Positions 28,092-36,993 of a stretch of 64,000 bases of DNA are shown piece after piece. The DNA lies in NCBI GenBank assembly GCA_030706405.1, contig JAUZOO010000002.1, positions 385,167 through 449,166 of the forward strand, given 5' to 3'. Within the stretch, counting starts at the first letter, position 1; every line of letters starts with the position of its first letter. The notes under the pieces were generated by a model that had not been told where the DNA came from, did no database searches, and worked only from the letters and a program-made list of their open reading frames with translations. The DNA comes from Bacteroidota bacterium. Lineage in GTDB: Bacteria; Bacteroidota; Bacteroidia; Bacteroidales; JAAUTT01. The position numbers and the translations under genes are program-made.

Positions 28092-29558
28092 TTATAAACT
28101 ATCGCCAAAATCAGCCTTAAACTGGGCCATAAGTTTTTCTGGCCAGTCGTTAACAGAATCGAGGCGACCAACGAAGAAACGCAGTACAGCAGGTTCGTCT
28201 ACAAACTTCAATCCACCAACAAGATGACGGTTTTTATAAAGCCAAGTTAAACGGTCGAGAACAAACTGAGTTTGCGAGAGCGTGAATACACGACGCGGAA
28301 AAGCAAGGCGCAGAAGTTCAACATCGGCCAAAATATCATTACCATGCTCATCCCTAACGCTCGAAATGGTCCCGCGTTCCATACCACGAGCCCCTGATAT
28401 CAAATAAAGAGCTGCAGCTAATGCGCCGGCAGGGTATTCTGTTTGGGGTACATGCGGAAGAAATCCCATGCAATCGACATGGCATCCGAGCGCTCCGGCA
28501 GGGGTTACTACAGGAATGCCTCGCTTATCAAGTTCGTTTACCAGATAGGCTATAAATGATGGAGACTGACTGATTACGGTTTCGTCTGTTGTTTCGTAAA
28601 GACCTACGGCCATAGCTTCGATCTCGCGAACTGACATACCTCCATAAGTTAAGAATCCTTCATACAAGGTTACCAAATCACGCATCTTAAGAAAGAGGTC
28701 TTCGCGATTGGTGCAGATCGCCCCTCCACGGGTAGAACTTACTTTACGGCTTGAGAAGTATGCAAAATCAACCAAGTCGAACATGGTGTGAAGAATTTCT
28801 TTGATAGTCTTCTTCTTAAATTCATCTTCGCGCTGATTGATAAAATAAGCATTCTCACCAATCAGACTTGCGTCCATCAATACGAGGATGCCGTGTTCAT
28901 CGGCGACTTTACGGACTTCGCGCATATTCTGGATAGAAAAAGGCTGTCCGCCAATAAGGTTTGTGGATGCTTCGAGGCGGATAAACGGAATTTTGGCGGC
29001 ACCGTATTTCTGAATTAAAGCTTTGAGCTTATCGATGTCGATATTTCCTTTAAAAGGATTGCTGCTTTTGATGTTCAGCGCATCGTCTTTATAAATTTCG
29101 AAAATAGTACCACCGTTAAGCTCCATGTGAGCTTTGGTAGTGGTAAAATGGTAGTTCATAGGGATAACGTCGCCCTTCTTTATAAAGGCTTGAGAGATAA
29201 TATTCTCAGCTGCACGTCCCTGATGAACCGGTAAAATGTATTTCTTACCAAACACTTCACGGATAGCATTTTCCATCCGTACAAAACTTTGAGAACCGGC
29301 ATAAGCATCGTCGGCTCGTAACATTGACGAAACCTGATTATCGCTCATGGCATTAGTTCCCGAATCTGTAAGCATATCGAGAAATACATCGGTTGTGCTT
29401 AGAAGAAAGGTATTAAACCCAGCTTTGCGAATAGCTTTAAGGCGTTGCTCGATGGGATTTAAATAAAGTTTTTGGACTACGCGTACTTTGTGTAATTCGA
29501 GTGGAATGTCTTCGCCACTATAAAACTTCACTTTACAGGACTGCTCGTGGTTTTCCAT
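28092..29558 (-). CDS. tnaA: Tryptophanase / beta-eliminating lyase family PLP enzyme
   Basis: 488 aa, alignable by eye with E. coli TnaA along its length (DMLTDSGTNAM, HQGRAAE, GGQPFS, MDASL..ENAYFI, LRLAFPRRVFT). The PLP-Lys region reads FSSRKV instead of MSAKKD. Confidence 0.75.
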   Translation of the reverse strand: MENHEQSCKVKFYSGEDIPLELHKVRVVQKLYLNPIEQRLKAIRKAGFNTFLLSTTDVFLDMLTDSGTNAMSDNQVSSMLRADDAYAGSQSFVRMENAIREVFGKKYILPVHQGRAAENIISQAFIKKGDVIPMNYHFTTTKAHMELNGGTIFEIYKDDALNIKSSNPFKGNIDIDKLKALIQKYGAAKIPFIRLEASTNLIGGQPFSIQNMREVRKVADEHGILVLMDASLIGENAYFINQREDEFKKKTIKEILHTMFDLVDFAYFSSRKVSSTRGGAICTNREDLFLKMRDLVTLYEGFLTYGGMSVREIEAMAVGLYETTDETVISQSPSFIAYLVNELDKRGIPVVTPAGALGCHVDCMGFLPHVPQTEYPAGALAAALYLISGARGMERGTISSVRDEHGNDILADVELLRLAFPRRVFTLSQTQFVLDRLTWLYKNRHLVGGLKFVDEPAVLRFFVGRLDSVNDWPEKLMAQFKADFGDSL

Positions 29559-29643
29559 AAATATTTGAAAATTAATTAGATAGTTGTAAATACTAAAAAC
29601 TTATCGTTTATAGATAAGCTTTCGTTTATAAATTAGTCGTTTT

Positions 29644-29651
29644 CAAATATA
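29644..29651 (-). promoter_or_regulatory. Candidate -7 box (TATATTTG on the minus strand) for the tryptophanase-like gene
   Basis: Matches TAnnTTTG about 86 nt upstream of the ATG. Confidence 0.3.
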
Positions 29652-29697
29652 GTGGCTTATTTTAAAAATCGAAACAAATATTAGACAAAAGAAAAAA

Positions 29698-30096
29698 TAA
29701 AAGCAGGCCTGTAAGCCGGGTTCTGTTTCCACCGAAGCGGACTTCTATCATTTATCTGGGACCGCTGTCGCCAACGGCCTCGAGCGACCTACCCCTCCCG
29801 ATTCCAAAGGACCAGCGCGGGCAGCACTGTAACCTGCCGAGGCAGATAATCGGGATATACATGGTCTTACAACCCATCAGACGCACGGCTACCGACGTTG
29901 CCGCCAATACCGGTGGGCTCTTACCCCACCTTTTCACCCTTACCTCAAAACGACACGCGTTCCGGGGCTGTTATTTTCTGTTCCGTTACTATACCCTCAC
30001 GGATATCTTCCCGTTAGGAAGCATGGTGCCCTGCGTTGCCCGGACTTTCCTCCCCTCCCGTTTTACAGGGAGAAGCGATAAAACGGCCTGCTTATA
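29698..30096 (-). ncRNA. rnpB: RNase P RNA, bacterial type A
   Basis: A GC-rich island. The minus strand carries the universally conserved GGAGGAAAGUCCGGGC, GGUAAGGGUGAAA, GGUAAGAGCCCACC and ACAGAACCCGGCUUA blocks. P1 pairs AAGCAGGCC (5' end) with GGCCUGCUU (3' end). Ends are accurate to within a few nt. Confidence 0.9.
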
Positions 30097-30108
30097 TTTT
30101 CTTTAATA

Positions 30109-31191
30109 TTATTTAATCATCACCAAGGTTGCGCCATAACCGTATTCCTTAAACGATGCGTCCTGATAACGAAGTTTGGAATATTTTGAATCGAGTGTTT
30201 TCCGGATTTCGTATTTAAGTTTTCCGTTACCAACGCCATGAATAAAGACTATCTTATGAACATGATTACGAATAGCCCCCTCGAGTGCAATGGTAAAACG
30301 CCCCATCTGGATATCGAGGATTTCGCCTGCACTCATTCCGGAAAAATCTTCAACCAATTGTTCTATATGAAGGTCTATTTCTTCCTTTTCAGAAGTCGAA
30401 TTCTGAGCTTGTTTTTTCGGTTTAAAATCTTTCCGTTTCTTTTGAATGACGAATTTATCTTCGCTCTCGGTTACAATCCGTTCAATTTCGTATAGAAGAC
30501 TCATCTCTGTAACATTCACAACGATAGCCTTTTCGTCGAAGTAATCGTTTTCTTCCCAGTTTGACGGGTCAGCCATAGCCAACGGGTCAATTCGATATTC
30601 GTAAATCAGCGATTCGTGAGGAAGGTAGATTCCTTTTTTATAGAAGATGCAGTTAATCTTAAATGATTGTATCTGTTTTAGTTCAGACATGGAGAATGAC
30701 AAAACCTGAACTTTCGTGTCTTCTTCGACCATACCGGCCTTTTTGCCATAAACAAAATTGTCTTTTACTATCGAAAACGTGTAAAGCATCCGGTAGGCAC
30801 AATCGCTGATAAGGTGAACGTGAAAATCAGGTTCCATACGACCTTTCAACTTTACCGGAACTAAGCCCAGAAGGATATTCAGCGTGCTATTTTCGGTGGT
30901 GATGATTTCGTCGTCAGTTGGTTCTTCGGTCAGGACTTCATCAAAGTCTTCGGTATCTTCCTGAAAAACAGAAACCGGAGCTACTGTTTTTTGCTGTTTT
31001 TGAGGAATAACCGGTTCTGGTTTCATTCCGCCAAATCCGACCTCTTCAACTTTAACAAGCTCTGAAAATAAGACAGGAATTTCAAACCCGTCGTTGGTTT
31101 CGACATAAGCAATTTGTTGTTTAACCTTAGCTACAACACCGCCGCCAACGTCGTTCAAAAACTTTACTTTGTCACCTACCTTAAATATCAT
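30109..31191 (-). CDS. Smr domain protein (MutS2-related small endonuclease domain at the C-terminus)
   Basis: 360 aa with a C-terminal Smr-like block (IDLHIEQL, KIVFIHGVGNGKLKYEIRKTL). The N-terminal region has no recognised function. Confidence 0.7.
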   Translation of the reverse strand: MIFKVGDKVKFLNDVGGGVVAKVKQQIAYVETNDGFEIPVLFSELVKVEEVGFGGMKPEPVIPQKQQKTVAPVSVFQEDTEDFDEVLTEEPTDDEIITTENSTLNILLGLVPVKLKGRMEPDFHVHLISDCAYRMLYTFSIVKDNFVYGKKAGMVEEDTKVQVLSFSMSELKQIQSFKINCIFYKKGIYLPHESLIYEYRIDPLAMADPSNWEENDYFDEKAIVVNVTEMSLLYEIERIVTESEDKFVIQKKRKDFKPKKQAQNSTSEKEEIDLHIEQLVEDFSGMSAGEILDIQMGRFTIALEGAIRNHVHKIVFIHGVGNGKLKYEIRKTLDSKYSKLRYQDASFKEYGYGATLVMIK

Positions 31192-31272
31192 TTTACACTA
31201 TTTTAAATGGCTGTCCAAAAATAACTAATTTTACAGTATTAAAAATTCAGATTTTAAATACGTACTAATTCA

Positions 31273-32514
31273 ATGATTAACAGGCCAGAATCGTTAAAAA
31301 ACATTGCCATTTCCGAATTTGACTACCCTCTTCCCGATGAACGGATTGCCAAATATCCCCTTGCCGAACGCGATATGTCAAAGTTATTGGTTTACCGCGA
31401 TGGTGCTATCTCTCATACTGTTTTTACCGATATTGAAAATATACTTTCGCCCGGCGATGAGCTTATTTTCAATAATACCCGGGTGATTCCCGCACGATTA
31501 AAGTTTCAAAAATCGACGGGTGCCAACATCGAAATTTTTTGTCTCGAACCAGTTGCTCCGGCTGAATACCAAGTTTCGTTTCAATCGCACCAATGTACAT
31601 GGAAATGTATTGTTGGAAATCTTAAAAAATGGAAAGATAACGATTTAATCAAAGAAATAAACATTAACGGTAAAAAGGTTTTACTAAAAGCTACTAAAAT
31701 AGCCGATTATCAAGCCTCACAACACATCGAATTCAGTTGGGATGACGCTTCGTTCAGCTTTAGCGAAATCATTGAAAAGGCTGGGGTTACCCCCATTCCA
31801 CCTTATCTCCACCGCGATAGTGAAGCGATTGATCGAGACCGTTACCAGACCGTTTATTCGAAAGTGAAAGGTTCAGTTGCTGCCCCCACTGCCGGGTTGC
31901 ATTTCACCGACGATATTTTAAATAAACTGAATAATAAACAGGTACAAACTTCGGAAGTTACCCTGCATGTTGGCGCAGGTACATTTAAACCGGTACAAAC
32001 CGATAATATCACCGACCATGAAATGCATACCGAATTTTTTTCGGTACCACTCCAAACCCTAAAGCTTTTGGTTAAGAAGCACGGAAATATCGTTGCCGTT
32101 GGCACAACCACCCTACGAACGCTAGAAAGTTTATACTGGCTGGGAATTAAAGTCAGGACCGGACGATATGAACATGACGGCGTACTGCATTTAAATCAAT
32201 GGGATGCCTATCATCTGGAGGGCACTCCCTCCTACTCCGAGTCCATTAGATATCTTATTGATTATCTTGAAAAACGAAATGAAACGGAACTTTTTGCAAC
32301 TACCCAGATTATGATTGCACCCGGTTATCAAATAAGGAGCATCAATGCGCTGATTACCAATTTCCACCAACCTAAAAGCACATTATTACTACTGGTTTCG
32401 GCTATTACCGGCAACGACTGGAAAAAAATATATGATTATGCCCTCGCAAATGGTTTTCGCTTTTTAAGTTATGGAGATAGTTCCATCTTATTTTTACCCA
32501 ATAAAAAACGCTGA
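31273..32514 (+). CDS. queA: S-adenosylmethionine:tRNA ribosyltransferase-isomerase (long form)
   Basis: 413 aa with FDYPLPDERIAKYP, NNTRVIPARL, RYQTVY, GSVAAPTAGLHFT, HVGAGTF and NFHQPKSTLL. Confidence 0.85.
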   Translation: MINRPESLKNIAISEFDYPLPDERIAKYPLAERDMSKLLVYRDGAISHTVFTDIENILSPGDELIFNNTRVIPARLKFQKSTGANIEIFCLEPVAPAEYQVSFQSHQCTWKCIVGNLKKWKDNDLIKEININGKKVLLKATKIADYQASQHIEFSWDDASFSFSEIIEKAGVTPIPPYLHRDSEAIDRDRYQTVYSKVKGSVAAPTAGLHFTDDILNKLNNKQVQTSEVTLHVGAGTFKPVQTDNITDHEMHTEFFSVPLQTLKLLVKKHGNIVAVGTTTLRTLESLYWLGIKVRTGRYEHDGVLHLNQWDAYHLEGTPSYSESIRYLIDYLEKRNETELFATTQIMIAPGYQIRSINALITNFHQPKSTLLLLVSAITGNDWKKIYDYALANGFRFLSYGDSSILFLPNKKR

Positions 32515-32531
32515 TTGGGAGTCAGCGTTTT
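32504..32531 (+). terminator. Rho-independent terminator overlapping the queA stop
   Basis: Hairpin aacgctga / tcagcgtt followed by TTTT. Confidence 0.5.
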
Positions 32532-32553
32532 AAGGAAAAAGAATATAATTAAC

Positions 32554-32985
32554 TCATTCCTGAACTGCACATTTGGTAAGCACTACGTCCATTAAATAAC
32601 CAGTACACAATCCTTTAATCTTAATTTTCCGACCTGATTTAAACGTATTTTTAGAGGCTGCCACTTTATTGAAACTGCACATTACCCCCGAAGCGTCAGT
32701 TGCTTCTTTCAAATAAACCGAAATCTCGTCAGTGGTTACCTTTACGTCAGCTATCGTTCCGGAAACCAGAATAACCTTGCCGTTATATTTTGCATTGGCA
32801 GTGCTTTCATTGGATTCAAAGGCTTTAACCAAATCGTTGGCAGTTAATTCCACTGTGGCATTTTGAGAAGATACACTGGTATCCGCTTTTTTAAATACAT
32901 ACGACCAAACAAAAAACACAATGAGGGCAGCCAATACCACCACTGCCATGATAAATCTTTTTACGGTAGAAGTCATGAATTCCAC
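32554..32985 (-). CDS. Membrane-anchored OB-fold-like protein of unknown function
   Basis: 143 aa with an N-terminal TM anchor, then a beta-rich domain. Last gene of the five-gene envelope operon. Confidence 0.4.
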   Translation of the reverse strand: MEFMTSTVKRFIMAVVVLAALIVFFVWSYVFKKADTSVSSQNATVELTANDLVKAFESNESTANAKYNGKVILVSGTIADVKVTTDEISVYLKEATDASGVMCSFNKVAASKNTFKSGRKIKIKGLCTGYLMDVVLTKCAVQE

Positions 32986-32988
32986 AAT

Positions 32989-33534
32989 TTAGTTAGAATT
33001 ATACGGAGTATCTACATTGATTTCAACCTCTTTGGCTACCTTACTTTCCACCAGCGACGGGATTTTAATACCATAATCTTTCGGTGATACCGTAAACTTA
33101 GCCTTCGTGGTTATAACTTTTCCCTTTACCTCAATAGTCCCCTTGGTTGATACAGCTTTGGTAACTCCATGAATTGTAAGATCTCCGCTTACCTCGGCAG
33201 CATAACTTCCATCTTTTTTAAAATCTATTTTTCCGATATTGGTAATTTTTCCTTTAAAAGATGATTTCGGAATTTTATCCGATTCCATATAATTCTCATT
33301 AAAATGTTCCTGCATCAGGGCTATCTTAAATTCAAAGGCTTTTATCAGCATCATAAACGCAACATCACCGGTTGATACATCAAGCGTACTGACAGCCTGT
33401 CGATTATGTCCTTCAATAACTTCCATGGGTGTATTCGAAATAAACCAGATATGTCCACTTTTGGATATGTATTTCTGGGCCGACATCAACTGGAATGAAC
33501 CCAGCATCAATAAGATTAATAGTTTGCTTTTCAT
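32989..33534 (-). CDS. YceI family periplasmic (polyisoprenoid-binding-like) protein
   Basis: Start chosen at MKSKLLILLMLGSFQLMSAQ (33534), which gives a signal peptide and avoids overlap with the upstream gene. The YceI-like block is GDLTIHGVTKAV. Confidence 0.75.
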   Translation of the reverse strand: MKSKLLILLMLGSFQLMSAQKYISKSGHIWFISNTPMEVIEGHNRQAVSTLDVSTGDVAFMMLIKAFEFKIALMQEHFNENYMESDKIPKSSFKGKITNIGKIDFKKDGSYAAEVSGDLTIHGVTKAVSTKGTIEVKGKVITTKAKFTVSPKDYGIKIPSLVESKVAKEVEINVDTPYNSN

Positions 33535-33568
33535 AATGTTATATTTTGTTATTAGAACACTTAGTGGC

Positions 33569-34456
33569 TCATTTTTGTTTGCTGAATGAGAATACCCGCG
33601 AGATATTAAACCCAATACGAATATCGCCTTTAGACCAACGACCAGTGGTTTCCCCGATAAATCCTTTCTCTATCATAGCTTCCGAATTAGTTAGGAAAAT
33701 TTGAAAAACATGTCCGCCGGTATCGATATCAATCCCAACTGATAATGGATTATAAACAGGTTGACTTGGAAAATTGTTAGCAGGAGGAATTACATAATAA
33801 TATTCGGCATTAACCGCCAAACGCTTGGTTATTTTAAACCGCCCACCAATACCAACTGAAAAAATATCATTCGGGTCGATCTCGGTGCCTACAAGATTGC
33901 GATGAACAAAAGTCGGGTTAATTTCGAGCGAAAAGCGCTCATTAAACTTACGGGCTACCAATATTTGGTGTACGTAACTCATCCTCAACCAGAAGTACTG
34001 AATATTGGGATCTCTAAGGGTATTTACGGCCATGCTGGTAAAATAGGATAACGATACCGGCATGTTTTTCTTTCCTTTTGACTGTCTTAAAATAGAAAAT
34101 TTGAGCAATCCATCAAAGGTTTTTTGGTATGAGCCACGACCAACGCCAACCATTAGCCAATTTGTAATTCCATAATCGAATCCTAAATGGACTAACGATT
34201 CGTCTAGACCATAAAAATTATACGAACCCGTATTAACCCTTCCAAACCTGTGCGAAATACGAAAATCGAGTTGTCTGGCAGGCATCCGTTCAATAGAATG
34301 CCCATTGATAATTCGCGTAGATTTAAACGTAGCGGTGGTATAATCAGTTTGGGTAGCGTTTTGGGTAGCATCATTAAGTAATTGGTCAAGATCTTGAGCA
34401 TTGAGCACTCCAAAGCTGCACCATAAGCTCATTGCTAAAAAAACACGTAAATGCAT
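33569..34456 (-). CDS. Predicted outer-membrane beta-barrel protein of unknown function
   Basis: Start chosen at MHLRVFLAMSLWCSFGVLNAQ (34456). Alternating amphipathic strands and a C-terminal aromatic residue. Resembles proteins annotated as the DUF5777 family; this cannot be verified here. Confidence 0.5.
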   Translation of the reverse strand: MHLRVFLAMSLWCSFGVLNAQDLDQLLNDATQNATQTDYTTATFKSTRIINGHSIERMPARQLDFRISHRFGRVNTGSYNFYGLDESLVHLGFDYGITNWLMVGVGRGSYQKTFDGLLKFSILRQSKGKKNMPVSLSYFTSMAVNTLRDPNIQYFWLRMSYVHQILVARKFNERFSLEINPTFVHRNLVGTEIDPNDIFSVGIGGRFKITKRLAVNAEYYYVIPPANNFPSQPVYNPLSVGIDIDTGGHVFQIFLTNSEAMIEKGFIGETTGRWSKGDIRIGFNISRVFSFSKQK

Positions 34457-34475
34457 ACTGTTGGTTTTTAAATGG

Positions 34476-34844
34476 TTAATTATTGGGAGCTCCGGCATCA
34501 ATCCATTTTTTAATAATGGTAATCTTACAACTTTGAAGTTTCCCATTGGGCGGCATGTTGTGGCTTTGATAGGTGATGGATTTATACAATTGGCCATTGT
34601 CTATTTGAACCTTTAAATCGCTATAATTTTCAAGTTTAAATCCTCCACCACTGGTATAATTGGCATTGCTGTGACATGAATAGCAATTATCGTTCAGTAT
34701 TTGTTTTACACTGCCTGAATAGGTGAAATTAGTAGTGTCGCAGGGTATGAGGTACTGAGAGGGGTTCAGATACTCAACACTATCGTAGTAGCAACCGGCC
34801 AATATCAGCACAAAAAAAATAAAGAGTGGTATAAATATTTTCAT
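34476..34844 (-). CDS. Small lipoprotein with one cytochrome-c-like (Planctomycete cytochrome C-type) module
   Basis: 122 aa with a lipobox (ILAGC), CYSCH (CXXCH), and downstream MPP and KKWIDAGA. Confidence 0.55.
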   Translation of the reverse strand: MKIFIPLFIFFVLILAGCYYDSVEYLNPSQYLIPCDTTNFTYSGSVKQILNDNCYSCHSNANYTSGGGFKLENYSDLKVQIDNGQLYKSITYQSHNMPPNGKLQSCKITIIKKWIDAGAPNN

Positions 34845-34855
34845 GTCGTTAGTAT

Positions 34856-35857
34856 TTAATTATTTTGTTCTCCCTGTTGAATCCAGAGCTCTATTTTACG
34901 GATAGAACATATATCCAGTTTATAAGAAAGCGGCATTGCTGAAAAGCCTGATATTTGCCTAATCACACCATCTAAAACAGGCGTTCCGCTACGCAGGTTA
35001 TCGGCATACGATTTAATCTGAGTGTAACTACTCAAATTAACACCGCCACTGGCATTCGAAACGTTGTGACAGCCAAGACAATTATTTTGAATAATGGACC
35101 AAACTTGAGTTGAAAATTTAATGGTAGTAGCGGTATCACAGGTTGCAGTAGGACAATCAGAATTCTGTGCCCCATTCATAATCCATTTGTTAAAGGTAGA
35201 GAGTTGAGTTGCAGCTAATGCTCCGCTGGGAGGCATAATGTCTTCTCCAGATGCTGTCATTGATCTATATATAGTGCTTGCTCCGGGATTGCCTGCTATG
35301 ATTGCTCCTGTGCGTTGTTTAAGTGTCGCGTAACTGGTCAGGGTATATCCGGCCTGATGAGATGCCGCATCGTGACAATTTGTGATGCCACAACTCGAAG
35401 TAAGCATAGGAAGGATATTCTGGACAAAGCAAATAGTATCGGTGCTAGAAGGTGGATTTGTATTAGTACCACAGGTTGTTTTCTTTGCTCCCTGAGCTAT
35501 CCATACTTCAATCAGCACACGGCTTTGCACGCTTAAAGGGCTTTTAGGGGGCATCATATTTCCATAGGCACTACCCAACACTTTATAAACAGTGCTTCCT
35601 GCGGGATCGCCAGGACTTACGTCTTTAATTATAGATTCATACGAAGACGCATCAAACCCGGCTTTTCGGGTTGCATTATCGTGACAACCGGAAATAGCGC
35701 AGGAGTTTTGGAAGATAGGCAGTATTTCTGTATCAAAACATACCGGGCTTAATTTATCGAGACCAACAGGTTCGTGTTTACAGGATTGTAACTGCCCGAT
35801 AATAAATAAACCAACAATGACAACAGAGAGTAACAACAGAGCTGTAATATGTTTCAT
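34856..35857 (-). CDS. Secreted protein with three tandem cytochrome-c-like modules
   Basis: 333 aa with three ~100-aa repeats, each following the pattern I/VxPI..C..CH....G..L.SY....MPP....W. The Cys motifs are CAISGCH, CGITNCH and CLGCH. Confidence 0.55.
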   Translation of the reverse strand: MKHITALLLLSVVIVGLFIIGQLQSCKHEPVGLDKLSPVCFDTEILPIFQNSCAISGCHDNATRKAGFDASSYESIIKDVSPGDPAGSTVYKVLGSAYGNMMPPKSPLSVQSRVLIEVWIAQGAKKTTCGTNTNPPSSTDTICFVQNILPMLTSSCGITNCHDAASHQAGYTLTSYATLKQRTGAIIAGNPGASTIYRSMTASGEDIMPPSGALAATQLSTFNKWIMNGAQNSDCPTATCDTATTIKFSTQVWSIIQNNCLGCHNVSNASGGVNLSSYTQIKSYADNLRSGTPVLDGVIRQISGFSAMPLSYKLDICSIRKIELWIQQGEQNN

Positions 35858-35942
35858 AAATAAATACTTTAATATATCAAGATAACGATATATTTTTAAA
35901 AAAAGTACCTCTATATCTTAAAACATAAAATATAGAATAATT

Positions 35943-36980
35943 CTAATTAACAAGTTGTTGCAAAAGATTTGTAAATGCTATTATGTCGGTTTCCTGAGTA
36001 TCCCACGATGTCATCCAGCGTACTTCATTTGTATGTTCATTCCAAGTATAAAAAAAGAACTCTTCCTGTAGACGGGGTACAATTTCCTTCGGAATGATTG
36101 CAAAAACGCCATTTGCCTGAACCGGCTGGGTTATGGTGATGCCCTTTATGTCCGAAATTTTCTGAGCCAGTAATTGAGCCATTTTATTGGCATGTGATGC
36201 ATTCTTAAGCCAAAGATTATCATTAAAATATGCTGAAAACTGGGCTGAAATATAGCGCATTTTGGAGGCGAGTTGCATTCCCTGCTTTCTGTAATATTTA
36301 AAGTTTTTGTCGAGGTTCTTTTTGAGGAACACAATAGCTTCGCCATACATGAGACCATTTTTGGTGCCACCAAACGAAAGTACGTCAACTCCGGTATCGG
36401 TAATCATTTCTTTAAGAGAACTTCCGGACGATGCAACAGCATTGGCTATCCGGGCTCCGTCAACATGCAGGTACATATTATGCTGGTGGGCAAGGTCGGC
36501 TAATTCCTTTATTTCTTGAACTGAATATAATGTTCCCAATTCAGTTGGCTGGGTTATTGAAATGACCTTGGGCTGAGCATGATGCTCAAAACCAAAGCCT
36601 TGCAAATGCCTTTTTACTTCCTCTGTCGATATTTTTCCGTCCGAAGAGGAAACCGTGATCAATTTACAGCCTGTAAATCGTTCGGGAGCACCACATTCAT
36701 CTACATTAATATGAGCGGTTTCGGCACAAATAACCGCATTAAAAGAATCGGTAAGTGCACGTAATCCTAAAACATTGGCGGCAGTTCCTAAAAACACAAA
36801 ATATACCGAAATCTGTTCGCCTAAAATTTCTTTAAACTTTTCAACAGCCTGTCGGGTATAAAGGTCTTCGCCATAGGCTATGGTGTGCCCAGAATTGGCA
36901 TCTATCAAAGCTCTTAATACATCGGGGTGAACTCCTGCATTATTATCGCTGGCAAATCCCCGTTTATTGTCTTGAGGCAT
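35943..36980 (-). CDS. ltaE: Low-specificity L-threonine aldolase
   Basis: 345 aa with FASDNNAGVHP, HINVDECGAPE and FGGTKNG (PLP-Lys), typical of the threonine aldolase family. Confidence 0.85.
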   Translation of the reverse strand: MPQDNKRGFASDNNAGVHPDVLRALIDANSGHTIAYGEDLYTRQAVEKFKEILGEQISVYFVFLGTAANVLGLRALTDSFNAVICAETAHINVDECGAPERFTGCKLITVSSSDGKISTEEVKRHLQGFGFEHHAQPKVISITQPTELGTLYSVQEIKELADLAHQHNMYLHVDGARIANAVASSGSSLKEMITDTGVDVLSFGGTKNGLMYGEAIVFLKKNLDKNFKYYRKQGMQLASKMRYISAQFSAYFNDNLWLKNASHANKMAQLLAQKISDIKGITITQPVQANGVFAIIPKEIVPRLQEEFFFYTWNEHTNEVRWMTSWDTQETDIIAFTNLLQQLVN

Positions 36981-36993
36981 ACTTAATAGTTAT

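Noticed and set aside
29559-29697. TnaC-like leader peptide upstream of the tryptophanase-like gene.
   Set aside because: The coding-strand sequence of the spacer contains no ATG.
29752-30106. Two ORFs (61 aa minus strand, 81 aa plus strand) in the GC-rich island.
   Set aside because: The region is RNase P RNA. The ORFs arise only from its high GC content.
33535-33615. N-terminal 27-codon extension of the YceI ORF (ORF-track start at 33615).
   Set aside because: The extension overlaps the upstream beta-barrel gene, and the internal Met at 33534 begins a textbook signal peptide.
34457-34597. N-terminal 47-codon extension of the beta-barrel ORF (ORF-track start at 34597).
   Set aside because: It overlaps the cytochrome-c-like lipoprotein gene. 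The Met at 34456 gives a signal peptide ending in LNAQ.
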